Counted from the stretch's first letter, positions 11,561 to 26,717 are shown. The stretch is 64,000 nucleotides of DNA from Octopus sinensis (GCF_006345805.1 NC_043018.1:16678001-16742000), one strand, 5' to 3'. Numbers and translations: made by a program. The notes: generated from the letters alone by a model not told the origin.

Positions 11561-12886
11561 AGATTTTTATGCAAACTAAAAGAAAGCGCCTCATCATTCT
11601 GCCTGTTAATGACGGGATGAAAGAATCAGGAAAAAAAGATGTACACACACCCCCACACACACCACCACCAACATAAAATAATAAAAATACGACTATAAAA
11701 ACTACATAAACAACATCAAACTTACGAAGCCTTCCCTAAACAAATACTTTGTTAAATATTTATAAATACATTCTAAATGGCCTCACGCAAATTTTATTTT
11801 GTTCAATGAAATCTCAATATTTTTATTGTTGAAAGTTGCTTAAAAAAAAATATAAACTCTTTCATTTTTTTGCGTATTCAATAATTTTTTAATTGGGAAA
11901 GCGTAAAAATTATATAAAACAACAATGACAAATATTCAACAAAATGATGTAGAAATAAAAAAAAAATTAGAAGTAAATTAATATCGGCAAAAATTATTTT
12001 ATTCAATATATTTTAAAAATTAGTTTTATTCTATATATCCATTTTGCTTTAGAAAATAAAATAAAAAAATCATTATAATTATTTTTTAATTACTAAAAAA
12101 CCGTGTTATAAGCTAGAAAGCAGAATTGTGTGTGCATGCGTGTTGGTATATTAGGATGTGTTGTGTGTGTGTGAGAGAGAGAGAGAGAGAACGAAAGAGA
12201 GAGAGAGAGAGAGAGAGTGAGAGAGTGAGAGAGTGAGAGAGAGAGAAAGAGAGAGAGAGAGAAAGTGAGTGAGAGAAAGAGAAAGAAAGAGAGAGAAAGC
12301 GAGAGTAAGAGAGAGAGAGAGAGAATGGGTAAGTCTCTATAAACACAAATATATATGCATAAAGGTTTCAGATTGAAACATACAGTCATACGAAAGAGAA
12401 AGAGACAGACAGACAGACAGAGAAAGTGAGAGAGAAAGAGACAGACAAAGAAGCAGACTGACAGACTGACAGACAAACAGAGACAAAAAGAGGGAGAGAG
12501 AGACACACACACACACACATAAAATGGATAAATATATGTACAAATACAAGAGCCTAAATACACCCAAGCATAACAAATGTTCGCGCGAGCGCGTGACAGC
12601 ACGCACGCGCACACACAGGTATGAGTGAATAAATAAAGAGAAAACAAGAAATCAATTCCAGCAATGTAATGGGAAAATGGTGAGTTATTCCAAATCAAAA
12701 ATCGCAGACAATAGAGGAATTTCTGTTAAAAATAATGTTTGCTTTTCCAGCGGTTGGGATCGTGTCGACCAGAAGAATCCCAGGTACATCTTCTGCAGGC
12801 GACATTAGCTGTCATTGTCTCACAACTGTGCATTCTGTTGCGGATAGGAGTTGGTGTTTGTTTGGTTGTTTGTGTGTGTGTGTGCA

Positions 12887-12920
<34 letters not shown>

Positions 12921-13145
12921 CGTGTGTGTGAACACATGTATACATACAGATACAAATACACTCATGCTTATGTTTACGTGTTTACGATCTCTTGTATGTG
13001 CATGTATATACATACAGACACACACAGACACGTATATTATGTATGTATGTATGTATGTACGTGTGCATGCATGCATGCATGCTGTATGTATATCTAGTAC
13101 TCCAAATAGAGCATACTGTTTCTATTTGGACTATTAGACACCTTA

Positions 13146-13179
<34 letters not shown>

Positions 13180-13213
13180 ACACAATATATATATATATAT
13201 ATATAATATATAG

Positions 13214-13251
<38 letters not shown>

Positions 13252-13288
13252 CTAATATATATGTATATATATATACATATATATATAG

Positions 13289-13370
<82 letters not shown>

Positions 13371-14099
13371 GCATTATATTCATCTCTCTCTGTCTCTCCT
13401 CATGACCATGCTCACACGCATCAATTCAGGCAGTTATCTATAGACTCATCGTATGTGCACACGTGTACGCTTGTTTGAGCATGTATATCTGCGCACGCGC
13501 GAGTGGGTTTTTTTTTTAATCTTTACTTGTATATATATATTTCTATGAGGACAGTAATTTGTGTATTATTTTGGTTGGAAAAAAAAAAGTGTTTCAGGGA
13601 AATTTACGTTTTATTTTTATTTTTTGATTCATTCATTAAAAAAAATATTCGATGTCTTTGTTAAATGTTTGAATGAATTTTGCATCTGATTTGGATGCAA
13701 TAATCGTATTTGGATTTCTATTGTTTTCTCTTTTGTAGCCGTCGCAACAGTGACAGCCATGAATGCGGCGATATTTTTCGTGTTGTCAAACAGCAAAAGA
13801 GAAGAGAGAAAAAATGGGGGAAAAGAAGGAAAAAGTGAGGCAAAATGATTGCAGAAGCTTTAGAATGGCGCAGAAAATACCTTCCGGTAGTAGAGTTGGA
13901 TCTCTTTCATATTCTTCGTTCGAATCCTGCCGTTGGCACATTTGCATCATTCATTCTTCGGAATCAACACACACACACACACTCACACACACACACACAC
14001 GCACGCACACACACACGCACACACACACGCACGCACACTCACACACACACATGCATACGTGTGCGCGCATACACACACACACTCACACGTACCTGAAAT

Positions 14100-14320
14100 A
14101 ATAGTAGTTCAAATACAATCAAAAGATATTAATTGGCTGGGAGATAACTGTCCACTCGAAGTAGCCGCGATCAGCTTCCGCCACGACCCCATACGGCTCC
14201 GGAACTTGGCTCATGTTGTCCACCACTGTGTCATTGACAAATTGATCTTCGAACATCTCTATGATCTTGACCACCATTTCTGCTTTAGTGTTGCAGGGAT
14301 AGTAGTCGGTGTCTTTGTCA
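14100..14320 (-). mobile_element. maT/DD37D-like Tc1/mariner transposase C-terminal remnant
   Basis: KDTDYYPCNTKAEMVVKIIEMFED...VVAEADRGYFE resembles the conserved C-terminus (..NTKxEL..RI..F...RLEAVVEAxGxYFE) also seen at 27930-28120. Confidence 0.6.
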
Positions 14321-14373
14321 CACACACACACACATACACACACATACAACACACACACACACACGCACACGCA

Positions 14374-14412
<39 letters not shown>

Positions 14413-15302
14413 GGTCCATGAGATTACAATCGCGGGAATTAGGAGGCCAGTAATCGCGGCTTTGTGTATGTGTATGTATATGTATGTACATACACACCCA
14501 AGAATATACATAGAAAGACGACCTAATCTTTTAGGAACATCACCCACCAAAATTGGCAAAATATATTTTAGTTTCCGTAGCATTTAAATGACATTGTTTT
14601 AAGTTAATGAACGTGATAGGGTGTTGCATCACCGATAAGATGTTCCTTTGTTCAATGATTTCGCGTTTATTCGCAAAGGGAGGTTGGGTTCAGAGTTAAT
14701 GTTTTTACTATAGTCCAGCAACAGAAAGAAAATAGCAACAAAATACAGTAGAAATAAGAAATTATAGCCGTAAAACTCTCAGGTTATGTTAACCGGAAGC
14801 ATAATTTAGAGGAGATAATTACGACTAGGGACTATCTAAAAATATATTGTATGAAATATTGTGCTATTACTGTACCACACACATTGCCACGTTCTGTAAG
14901 ATCTGATAAAATTTATCAGAAACATAGAAAAGATTAAAGTTGGATCACTCTTTTGTGAATTAACCTGCTAAATCTGGAATTGAGTGGTGTGTTTAAAATA
15001 ACAGAAAACTAACCAAGCACAGGAATTTTAAATAAAAAAAATTAAATTGAGATGACGTAAGAGACGAAAATAAATAAGATTTACACATTTTAAAATGATT
15101 TTGGTTTTAATAAACTGAGCTATAGAAATCTTTAGATATTTAAAATTTAATTTGAGTCTGTCAAATTGAAAGCTATTAAAACTAGGACAACAGTAATAAA
15201 CGAATGAATAGATCTGTGGACAACTGGAAGTATGTCCACCAATTGTTTAACATTTATTGGTTAAACTGAGCAGACGATACATAAAAGAAATAGAGCGTAT
15301 AT

Positions 15303-15676
15303 AAGAAGCTTGAGAGGCGGTTGGATGAAACCTACACTCGCCTCCTTATGAGAGCTCAAAATCTCTCGTGGAAGCGCCATCCAACCAAAATGCAAATATA
15401 TGGGAAACTACCACCTGTGTCATCTCTTGTGAAAGGTAGGAGAGTCCAGTTTGCTGGACATTGTTGTAGAGCTGAAAAAGAGGTAATTTCTACTCTTCTC
15501 CTCTGGAAGCCATCTACTCGCGATACCAGAGGCGCACACTCTCCTACCCTGATGTAATCGCCAGGGATACAGGCATCCAGCAACAGGACCTCCGTAATGC
15601 CATGATGGACCGTGAAGTCTGGTGTAGCATGGTAAATTCCATTGTTTCGACCACGGTCGAACAATGATGATGATGA
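15303..15676 (+). mobile_element. RTE-clade LINE 3' end with (TGA)n tail
   Basis: LERRLDETYTRLLMRAQNLSWKRHPT...RRVQFAGHC..R; (TGA)n after the stop; near-identical copy at 56826-57190. Confidence 0.8.
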
Positions 15677-15894
15677 TATAAGATACACCCGCAATATTTT
15701 CTTTATCTGAAAATGAAGGGTAAACTGCCGCATAAAATTATTTTTCACGTTCTTTCTATCTTTCAACCAATCAGTGACTCATATCTTTCCGTCTTACTCC
15801 TTCTTTTTAAATATAAAAGTTATCATAGTGTATTGGTTGTTCTTAGTCATTTCCTACTTGTCTTCCTTAACCGTTCTTTTATCAAGTGTGTCTG

Positions 15895-16025
15895 TGTAAT
15901 AAGTACTAGGCTTACAATGAAAAAGCCTGGGGGCGATTTCTTCGAATAAAAAAAAAGGCGTTGCTTCAGCATGGCCGCAGTCAAATGACTGAAACAAGTA
16001 AAAGAGTAAAAGGAGTGAAGAGAGT
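15895..16025 (+). mobile_element. SINE family B 3' fragment
   Basis: AATAAGTACTAGGCTTACA...CAGCATGGCCGCAGTCAAATGACTGAAACAAGTAAAAGAG. Confidence 0.75.
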
Positions 16026-16284
16026 GTGACGGAGCCAAGGTCTGATTGCAAACGAAGTCGCTATTGTGTCTGTCTTATTCCCAAATTGAGTCGGTGAACA
16101 CCAACGAAAAAGTGCCTAAAACGAAACAAATTTGTGAGTCACTTGAATATCACCATGAACAAACAAAACTACTAGCGACCTGTCTGTTACTATTATGTAC
16201 CACCACACCACCACCACAAGCACCTCTACAACTAACTCAAGGAAAAACAGCAATGGCAATTCTACAACCACAACCAGCAATGTC

Positions 16285-19200
16285 ACCACCACCTCTACCA
16301 CCATGGGCAATACCATCAACTACAATTTCATCACGACCACCATTACTACCACAACCGCATTCACCACCACCTCTACCACCATGGGCAATACCATCAACTA
16401 CAATTCATCACGACCACCATTACTACCACAACCGCATTCACCACCATGGGCAATACCATCAACTACAATTTCATCACGACCACCATTACTACCCACAACG
16501 CTTCACCACCACCTCTACCACCAGGGCAATACCATCAACTACAATTTCATCACGACCACCATTACTACCACAACCGCATTCACCACCAACCTCTACCACC
16601 ATGGGCAATACCATCAACTACAATTTCATCACGACCACCATTACTACACAACCGCATTCACACCATGGGCAATACCATCAACTACAATTTCATCACGACC
16701 ACCATTATACCACAACCGCATTCACACCACCACCTCTACCACCATGGGCAATACCATCAACTACAATTTCATCACGACCACCATTACTACCACAACCGCA
16801 TCACCACCACCTCTACCACCATGGGCAACAACCACCAACTACAATTTCATCACGACCACCATTACTACCACAACACCCGCATTCACCCCACCTCTACCAC
16901 CATGGGCAATACCATCAACTACCAATTCATCACGACCACCATTACTACCACAACCACATTCACCACCACCTCTACCACCATGGGCAATACCATCAACTAC
17001 AATTCATCACGACCACCATTACTACCACAACCGCATTCACCACCACCTCTACCACCATGGGCAATACCATCAACTACAATTTCATCACGCACCATTACTA
17101 CCACAACCGCATTCACCACCACCTCTCTACCAATGGGCAAATACCATCAACTACAATATCATCACGACCACCATTACTACCACAACCGCATTCACCACCA
17201 CCTCTACCACCATGGGCAATACCATCAACTACAATTTCATCACGACCACCATTACTACCACAACCGCATTACACACCCACCTCTACCACCATGGGCAATA
17301 CCATCAACTACAATTTCATCACGACCACCATTACTACCACAACCGCATTCACCACCACCTCTACCACCATGGGCAATACCATCAACTACAATTTCATCAC
17401 GACCACCATTACTACCACACACCGCATTCACCACCACCTCTACCACCATGGGCAATACCATCAACTACAATTTCATCACGACCACCATTACTACCACAAC
17501 CGCATTCACCACACCTCTACCACCATGGGCAATACCATCAACTACAATATCATCACGACCACCATTACTACCACAACCGCATTCACCACACTCTACCACC
17601 ATGGGCAATACCATCAACTACAATTTCATCACGACCACCATTACTACCACAACCGCATTCACCACCACCTCTACCACCATGGGCAATACCATCAACTACA
17701 ATATCATCACGACCACCATTACTACCACAACCGCATCACACCACCTCTACCACCATGGGCAATACCATCAACTACAATTCATCACGACCACCATTACTAC
17801 ACAACCGCATTCACCACCACCTCTACCACCATGGGCAATACCATCAACTACAATTTCATCACGACCACCATTACTACCACAACCGCATTCACCACCACCT
17901 CTACCACCATGGGCAATACCATCAACTACAATTTCATCACGACCACCATTACTACCACAACCGCATTCACCACCACCTCTACCACCAGGGCAATACCATC
18001 AACTACAATTTCATCACGACCACCATTACTACACAACCGCATTCACCACCACCTCTACCACCATGGGCAATACCATCAACTACAATTTCATCACGACCAC
18101 CATTACTACCACAACCACATTCACCACCACCTCTACCACCATGGGCAATACCATCAACTACAATTTCATCACGACCACCATTACTACCACAACCGCATTC
18201 ACCACCACCTCTACCACCATGGGCAATACCATCAACTACAATTTCATCACGACCACCATTACTACCACAACCGCATTCACCACCACCTCTACCACCATGG
18301 GCAATACCACATCAACTACAATTCATCACGACCACCATTACTACCACAACCGCATTCACACCACCTCCCACAATGGGCAATACCATCAACTACAATTTCA
18401 TCACGACCACCATTACTACCACAAACCGCATTCACCACCACCTCTACCACCATGGGCAATCATCAACTACAATTTCATCACGACCACCATTACTACCACA
18501 ACCGCATTCACCACCACCTCTACCACCATGGGCAATACCATCAACTACAATTCATCACGACCACCATTACTACCACAACCGCATTCACCACCACCTCTAC
18601 CACCATGGGCAATACCATCAACTACAATTTCATCACGACCACCATTACTACCACAACCGCATTCACCACCACCTCTACCACCATGGGCAATACCATCAAC
18701 TACAATTTCATCACGACCACCATTACTACCACAACCGCATTCACCACCACCTCTTACCACCATGGGCAATACCATCAACTACAATTTCATCACGACCACA
18801 CATTATACCACAACCGCATTCACCACCACCTCTACCACCATGGGCAATACCATCAACTACAATTTCATCACGACCACCATATACCACAACCGCATTCACC
18901 ACCACCTCTACCACCATGGGCAATACCATCAACTACAATTTCATCACGACCACCATTACTACCACAACCGCATTCACCACCACCTCTACCCCAGGGCAAT
19001 ACCATCAACTACAATTTCATCACGACCACCATTACTACCACAACCGCATTCACCACCACCTCTACCACCATGGGCAATACCATCAACTACAATTTCATCA
19101 CGACCACCATTACTACCACAACCGCATTCACCACCACTCTACCACCATGGGCAATACCATCAACTACAATTTCATCACGACCACCATTACTACCACAACC

Positions 19201-22200
19201 GCATTCACCACCACCTCTACCACCATGGGCAATACCATCAACTACAATTTCATCACGACCACCATTACTACCACAACCGCATTCACCACCACCTCTACCA
19301 CATGGGCAATACCATCAACTACAATTTCATCACGACCACCATTACTACCACAACCGCATTCACCACCACCTCTACCACCATGGGCAATACCATCAACTAC
19401 AATTTCATCACGACCACCATTACTACCACAACCGCATTCACCACCACCTCTACCACCATGGGCAATACCATCAACTACAATTTCATCACGACCACCATTA
19501 CTACCACAACCGCATTCACCACCATGGGCAATACCATCAACTACAATTTCATCACGACCACCATTACTACCACAACCACATTCACCACCACCTCTACCAC
19601 CATGGGCAATACCATCAACTACAATTTCATCACGACCACCATTACTACCACAACCGCATTCACCACCACCTCTACCACCATGGGCAATACCATCAACTAC
19701 AATTTCATCACGACCACCATTACTACCACAACCGCATTCACCACCACCTCTACCACCATGGGCAATACCATCAACTACAATTTCATCACGACCACCATTA
19801 CTACCACAACCGCATTCACCACCACCTCTACCACCATGGGCAATACCATCAACTACAATTTCATCACGACCACCATTACTACCACAACCGCATTCACCAC
19901 CACCTCTACCACCATGGGCAATACCATCAACTACAATTTCATCACGACCACCATTACTACCACAACCGCATTCACCACCACCTCTACCACCATGGGCAAT
20001 ACCATCAACTACAATTTCATCACGACCACCATTACTACCACAACCACATTCACCACCACCTCTACCACCATGGGCAATACCATCAACTACAATTTCATCA
20101 CGACCACCATTACTACCACAACCGCATTCACCACCACCTCTACCACCATGGGCAATACCATCAACTACAATTTCATCACGACCACCATTACTACCACAAC
20201 CACATTCACCACCACCTCTACCACCATGGGCAATACCATCAACTACAATTTCATCACGACCACCATTACTACCACAACCGCATTCACCACCACCTCTACC
20301 ACCATGGGCAATACCATCAACTACAATTTCATCACGACCACCATTACTACCACAACCGCATTCACCACCACCTCTACCACCATGGGCAATACCATCAACT
20401 ACAATTTCATCACGACCACCATTACTACCACAAACCGCATTCACCACCACCTCTACCACCATGGGCAATACCATCAACTACAATTTCATCACGACCACCA
20501 TTACTACCACAACCGCATTCACCACCACCTCTACCACCATGGGCAATACCATCAACTACAATTTCATCACGACCACCATTACTACCACAACCGCATTCAC
20601 CACCACCTCTACCACCATGGGCAATACCATCAACTACAATTTCATCACGACCACCATTACTACACAACCACATTCACCACCACCTCTACCACCATGGGCA
20701 ATACCATCAACTACAATTTCATCACGACCACCATTACTAACACCACAACCGCATTCACCACCACCTCTACCACCATGGGCAATACATCAACTACAATTTC
20801 ATCACGACCACCATTACTACCACAACCGCATTCACCACCACCTCTACCACCATGGGCAATACCATCAACTACAATTTCATCACGACCACCATTACTACCA
20901 CAACCGCATTCACCACCACCTCTACCACCATGGGCAATACCATCAACTACAATTTCATCACGACCACCATTACTACCACAACCGCATTCACCACCACCTC
21001 TACCACCATGGGCAATACCATCAACTACAATTTCATCACGACCACCATTACTACCACAACCGCATTCACCACCACCTCTACCACCATGGGCAATACCATC
21101 AACTACAATTTCATCACGACCACCATTACTACCACAACCGCATTCACCACCACCTCTACCACCATGGGCAATACCATCAACTACAATTTCATCACGACCA
21201 CCATTACTACCACAACCGCATTCACCACCACCTCTACCACCATGGGCAATACCATCAACTACAATTTCATCACGACCACCATTACTACCACAACCGCATT
21301 CACCACCACCTCTACCACCATGGGCAATACCATCAACTACAATTTCATCACGACCACCATTACTACCCACAACCGCATTCACCACCACCTCTACCACCAT
21401 GGGCAATACCATCAACTACAATTTCATCACGACCACCATTACTACCACAACCGCATTCACCACCACCTCTACCACCATGGGCAATACCATCAACTACAAT
21501 TTCATCACGACCACCATTACTACCACAACCGCATTCACCACCACCTCTACCACCATGGGCAATACCATCAACTACAATTTCATCACGACCACCATTACTA
21601 CCACAACCGCATTCACCACCACCTCTACCACCATGGGCAATACCATCAACTACAATTTCATCACGACCACCATTACTACCACAACCGCATTCACCACACC
21701 TCTACCACCATGGGCAATACCATCAACTACAATTTCATCACGACCACCATTACTACCACAACCGCATTCACCACCACCTCTACCACCATGGGCAATACCA
21801 TCAACTACAATTTCATCACGACCACCATTACTACCACAACCACATTCACCACCACCTCTACCACCATGGGCAATACCATCAACTACAATTTCATCACGAC
21901 CACCATTACTACCACAACCGCATTCACCACCACCTCTACCACCATGGGCAATACCATCAACTACAATTTCATCACGACCACCATTACTACCACAACCGCA
22001 TTCACCACCACCTCTACCACCATGGGCAATACCATCAACTACAATTTCATCACGACCACCATTACTACCACAACCGCATTCACCACCACCTCTACCACCA
22101 TGGGCAATACCATCAACTACAATTTCATCACGACCACCATTACTACCAAACCGCATTCACCACCACCTCTACCACCATGGGCAATACCATCAACTACAAT

Positions 22201-24994
22201 TTCATCACGACCACCATTACTACCACAACCACATTCACCACCACCCTACCACCATGGGCAATACCATCAACTACAATTTCATCACGACCACCATTACTAC
22301 CACAACCGCATTCACCACCACCTCTACCACCATGGGCAATACCATCAACTACAATTTCATCACGACCACCATTACTACCACAAACCGCATTCACCACCAC
22401 CTCTACCACCATGGGCAATACCATCAACTACAATTTCATCACGACCACCATTACTACCACAACCGCATTCACCACCCACCTTACCACCATGGGCAATACC
22501 ATCAACTACAATTTCATCACGACCACCATTACTACCACAAACGCATTCACCACCACCTCTACCACCATGGGCAATACCATCAACTACAATTTCATCACGA
22601 CCACCATTACTACCACAACCGCATTCACCACCACCTCTACCACCATGGGCAATACCATCAACTACAATTTCATCACGACCACCATTACTACCACAACCGC
22701 ATTCACCACCACCTCTACCACCATGGGCAATACCATCAACTACAATTTCATCACGACCACCATTACTACCACAACGCATTCACCACCACCTCTACCACCA
22801 TGGGCAATACCATCAACTACAATTTCATCACGACCACCATACTACCACAACCACATTCACCACCACCTCTACCACCATGGGCAATACCATCAACTACAAT
22901 TTCATCACGACCACCATTACTACCACAACCGCATTCACCACCACCTCTACCACCATGGGCAATACCATCAACTACAATTCATCACGACCACCATTACTAC
23001 CACAACCGCATTCACCACCACCTCTACCACCATGGGCAATACCATCAACTACAATTTCATCACGACCACCATTACTACCACAACCCGCATTCACCACCAC
23101 CTCTACACCATGGGCAATACCATCAACTACCATTTCATCACGACCACCATTACTACAACAACCGCATTCACCACCACCTCTACCACCATGGGCAATACCA
23201 TCAACTACAATTCATCACGACCACCATTACTACCACAACCGCATTCACCACCACCTCTACCACCATGGGCAATACCATCAACTACAATTTCATCACGACC
23301 ACCATTACTACCACAACCGCATTCACCACCACCTCTACCACCATGGGCAATACCATCAACTACAATTTCATCACGACCACCATTACTACCACAACCGCAT
23401 TCACCACACCTCTACCACCATGGGCAATACCATCAACTACAATTTCATCACGACCACCATTACTACCACAACCGCATTCACCACCACCTCTACCACCATG
23501 GGCAATACCATCAACTACAATTTCATCACGACCACCATTACTACCACAACCCGCATTCACCACCAACCTCTACCATGGGCATGGGCAATACCATCAACTA
23601 CAATTTCATCACGACCACCATTACTACCACAACCGCATTCACCACCACCTCTACCACCATGGGCAATACCATCAACTACAATTTCATCACGACCACCATT
23701 ACTACCACAAACCGCATTCACCACCACCTCTCCACCAATGGGCAAATACCATCAACTACAATTTCATCACGACCACCATTACTACCACAACCGCATTCAC
23801 CACCACCTCTACCACCATGGGCAATACCATCAACTACAATTTCATCACGACCACCATTACTACCACAACCGCATTCACACACACACCCTACCACCATGGG
23901 CAATACCATCAACTACAATTTCATCACGACCACCATTACTACCACAACCGCATTCACCACCACCTCTACCACCATGGGCAATACCATCAACTACAATTTC
24001 ATCACGACCACCATTACTACCACAAACGCATTCACCACCACCTCTACCACCATGGGCAATACCATCAACTACATTTCATCACGACCACCATACTACCACA
24101 ACCGCATTCACCACCACCTCTACCACCATGGGCAATACCATCAACTACAATTTCATCACGACCACCATTACTACCACAACCACATTCACCACCACCTCTA
24201 CCCCATGGGGCAATACCATCAACTACAATTTCATCACGACCACCATTACTACCACAACCACATTCACCACCACCTCTACCACCATGGGCAATACCATCAA
24301 CTACAATTTCATCACGACCACCATTACTACCACAAACCGCATTCACCACCACCTCTACCACCATGGGCAATACCATCAACTACAATTTCATCACGACCAC
24401 CATTACTACCACAACCGCATTCACCACCACCTCTACCACCATGGGCAATACCATCAACTACAATTTCATCACGACCACCATTACTACCACAACCGCATTC
24501 ACCACCACCTCTACCACCATGGGCAATACCATCAACTACAATTTCATCACGACCACCATTACTACCACAACCGCTCACCACCACCTCTACCACCATGGGC
24601 AATACCATCAACTACAATTTCACGACCACCATTACTACCACAACCGCATTCACCCCCACTCTACCACCATGGGCAATACCATCAACTACAATTTCATCAC
24701 ACCACCCCATTACTACCACAACCGCATCACCACCACCTCTACCACCATGGGCAAATACCATCAACTACAATTTCATCACGACCACCATTACTACCACAAC
24801 CGCATTCACCACCACCTCTACCACCATGGGCAATACCATCAACTACAATTTCATCACGACCACATTACTACCACAACCGCATTTCACCACCACCTCTACC
24901 ACCATGGGCAATACCATCAACTACAATTTCATCACGACCACCATTACTACCACAACCACATTCACCACCACCTCTACCACCATGGGCAATACCA
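16285..24994. repeat. 78-bp tandem repeat array, ~112 copies visible, truncated by an assembly gap
   Basis: Unit ACCACCACCTCTACCACCATGGGCAATACCATCAACTACAATTTCATCACGACCACCATTACTACCACAACCGCATTC; one NcoI site per unit; scattered 1-bp indels. Confidence 0.97.
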
Positions 24995-25094
24995 NNNNNN
25001 NNNNNNNNNNNNNNNNNNNNNNNNNNNNNNNNNNNNNNNNNNNNNNNNNNNNNNNNNNNNNNNNNNNNNNNNNNNNNNNNNNNNNNNNNNNNNN
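24995..25094. other. Assembly gap (100 N)
   Basis: Run of N. Confidence 1.
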
Positions 25095-25167
25095 TGCTGT
25101 CTCACATTTATAAGCAAACAATCGTCACGGCTGTAACCACCGACGAAACTGCTGTCATCATGAAAGC

Positions 25168-25805
25168 CAGCAGCAGCAGCAGCAGTAGCACCACCACCAC
25201 CAACAACAACAACAACAACACCACATCAACAACAATAATCACCACCGTTACCGCCACCACCTCCACTACTATCACCATCGCAGCATCACCACCACCTCGA
25301 CTATCACCACCACCACCACAACAGTCATCACCGCCGCCACCACCACCGCCATCACCACCACCATTGCCGCCGCCGCCACCACCACCACCACCACCGTCGC
25401 CACCACCGCGTCGCCACCACCGCCGTCGCCACCGCCGCCGCCACCTCCGCCCCCGTCACCTCTGCCACCACCGCCGACGCCGCCTCTACCGTCTCCGCCA
25501 CCGCCACTGCCTCCGCCCTCTCCGCCGACTCCACCGTCGCCACCACCGCCGTCGCCACCGCCGCCGCCACCTCCGCCTCCGTCACCTCTGCCACCACCGC
25601 CGACGCCGCAACTACCGCCGCCTCTACCGTCTCCGCCACCGCCATTGACTCCGCCCTCTCCACCGACTCCACCGCCGCCGCCACCGCCACCACCGTCGCC
25701 GCTGACGACGACGCCGCAACCACCACCACCGCCGCATTCACCACTACTTCCACCATCATCGTCACAATTACTACAACTAATTACCTCTACCACCACAACT
25801 GCCAA
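25168..25805. repeat. Degenerate GC-rich (CCG/CCA/CAG/CAA)n low-complexity tract with an internal ~130-bp duplication
   Basis: CCGTCACCTCTGCCACCACCGCCGACGCCGC occurs near 25453 and 25579. Confidence 0.85.
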
Positions 25806-26250
25806 AACTACAACTGTGTCACACAATCTGCGCTTTCTCTTTTCTTTTCTTCTTTTTTCATCTCCATGCAACTATTGTCTAAAGAAGATAACAGATGGAC
25901 ATTCCCACTTTCTGGTAAGTTCTGTCGACGAAGAATCGTTTCAAGAGGCATGGCCTCTTTGAAGAGATTTTCTCTTTATATCGGTGCCAGTGTACAACTG
26001 CAGTAATTACCTTAACGCTGGCGCCGTCGCCGCCGCTCTGGTTCTTTCTTTAAACTTACTAAATAATGAGATCGTTCGCAGAAAATAATTATTGCAGGAT
26101 AAAAATACAAAAGAGAAGAAACGTCTCGGGAATAATGGTAGGGAACAAAGAGAGACAGAAGCGAGAGACGAAGCTTCATACACAAAGTCACACACACACA
26201 CACACACATGTGTATACCTAACGTGTATGTTTGTGTAGATGTATATATGC

Positions 26251-26288
<38 letters not shown>

Positions 26289-26377
26289 GTATATTCAAAT
26301 ATATACATATGTCTATATATGTCTATATATATGTATATACACCCACACACACACACATACATACACACACATCTATG

Positions 26378-26409
<32 letters not shown>

Positions 26410-26463
26410 TATTCATATATATACGCATATATATACACACACACATCTATATATATATGTATA

Positions 26464-26506
<43 letters not shown>

Positions 26507-26717
26507 TATATATATATTATATATATATATATATATAAATAATAAATATTAGGGAATAATCCAAATTTACAGGGAAAAATCAGATTTAGTTGACCCCATT
26601 TTATAGTAAATATTAAATAATATTAATTAGAGACAAACCACTATTTTGCAAATCAACAAAGAAAGACTTAATCCAATACATAAAAAATTTAATATAAATT
26701 AAATAAAATTAAATTCG

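Noticed and set aside
16285-24994. CRISPR-like array
   Set aside because: Head-to-tail identical units with no unique spacers, no cas genes, eukaryotic context
16046-25648. Giant ORFs (1564-2972 aa) as protein-coding genes
   Set aside because: They result from a stop-free 78-bp unit, switch peptide type at every indel and read through N; not called as CDS
25272-25962. Pro-rich (extensin/formin-like) or Gly-rich exon, or CpG-island promoter
   Set aside because: Degenerate (CCG/CCA)n low-complexity DNA open in several frames; no domain or splice support
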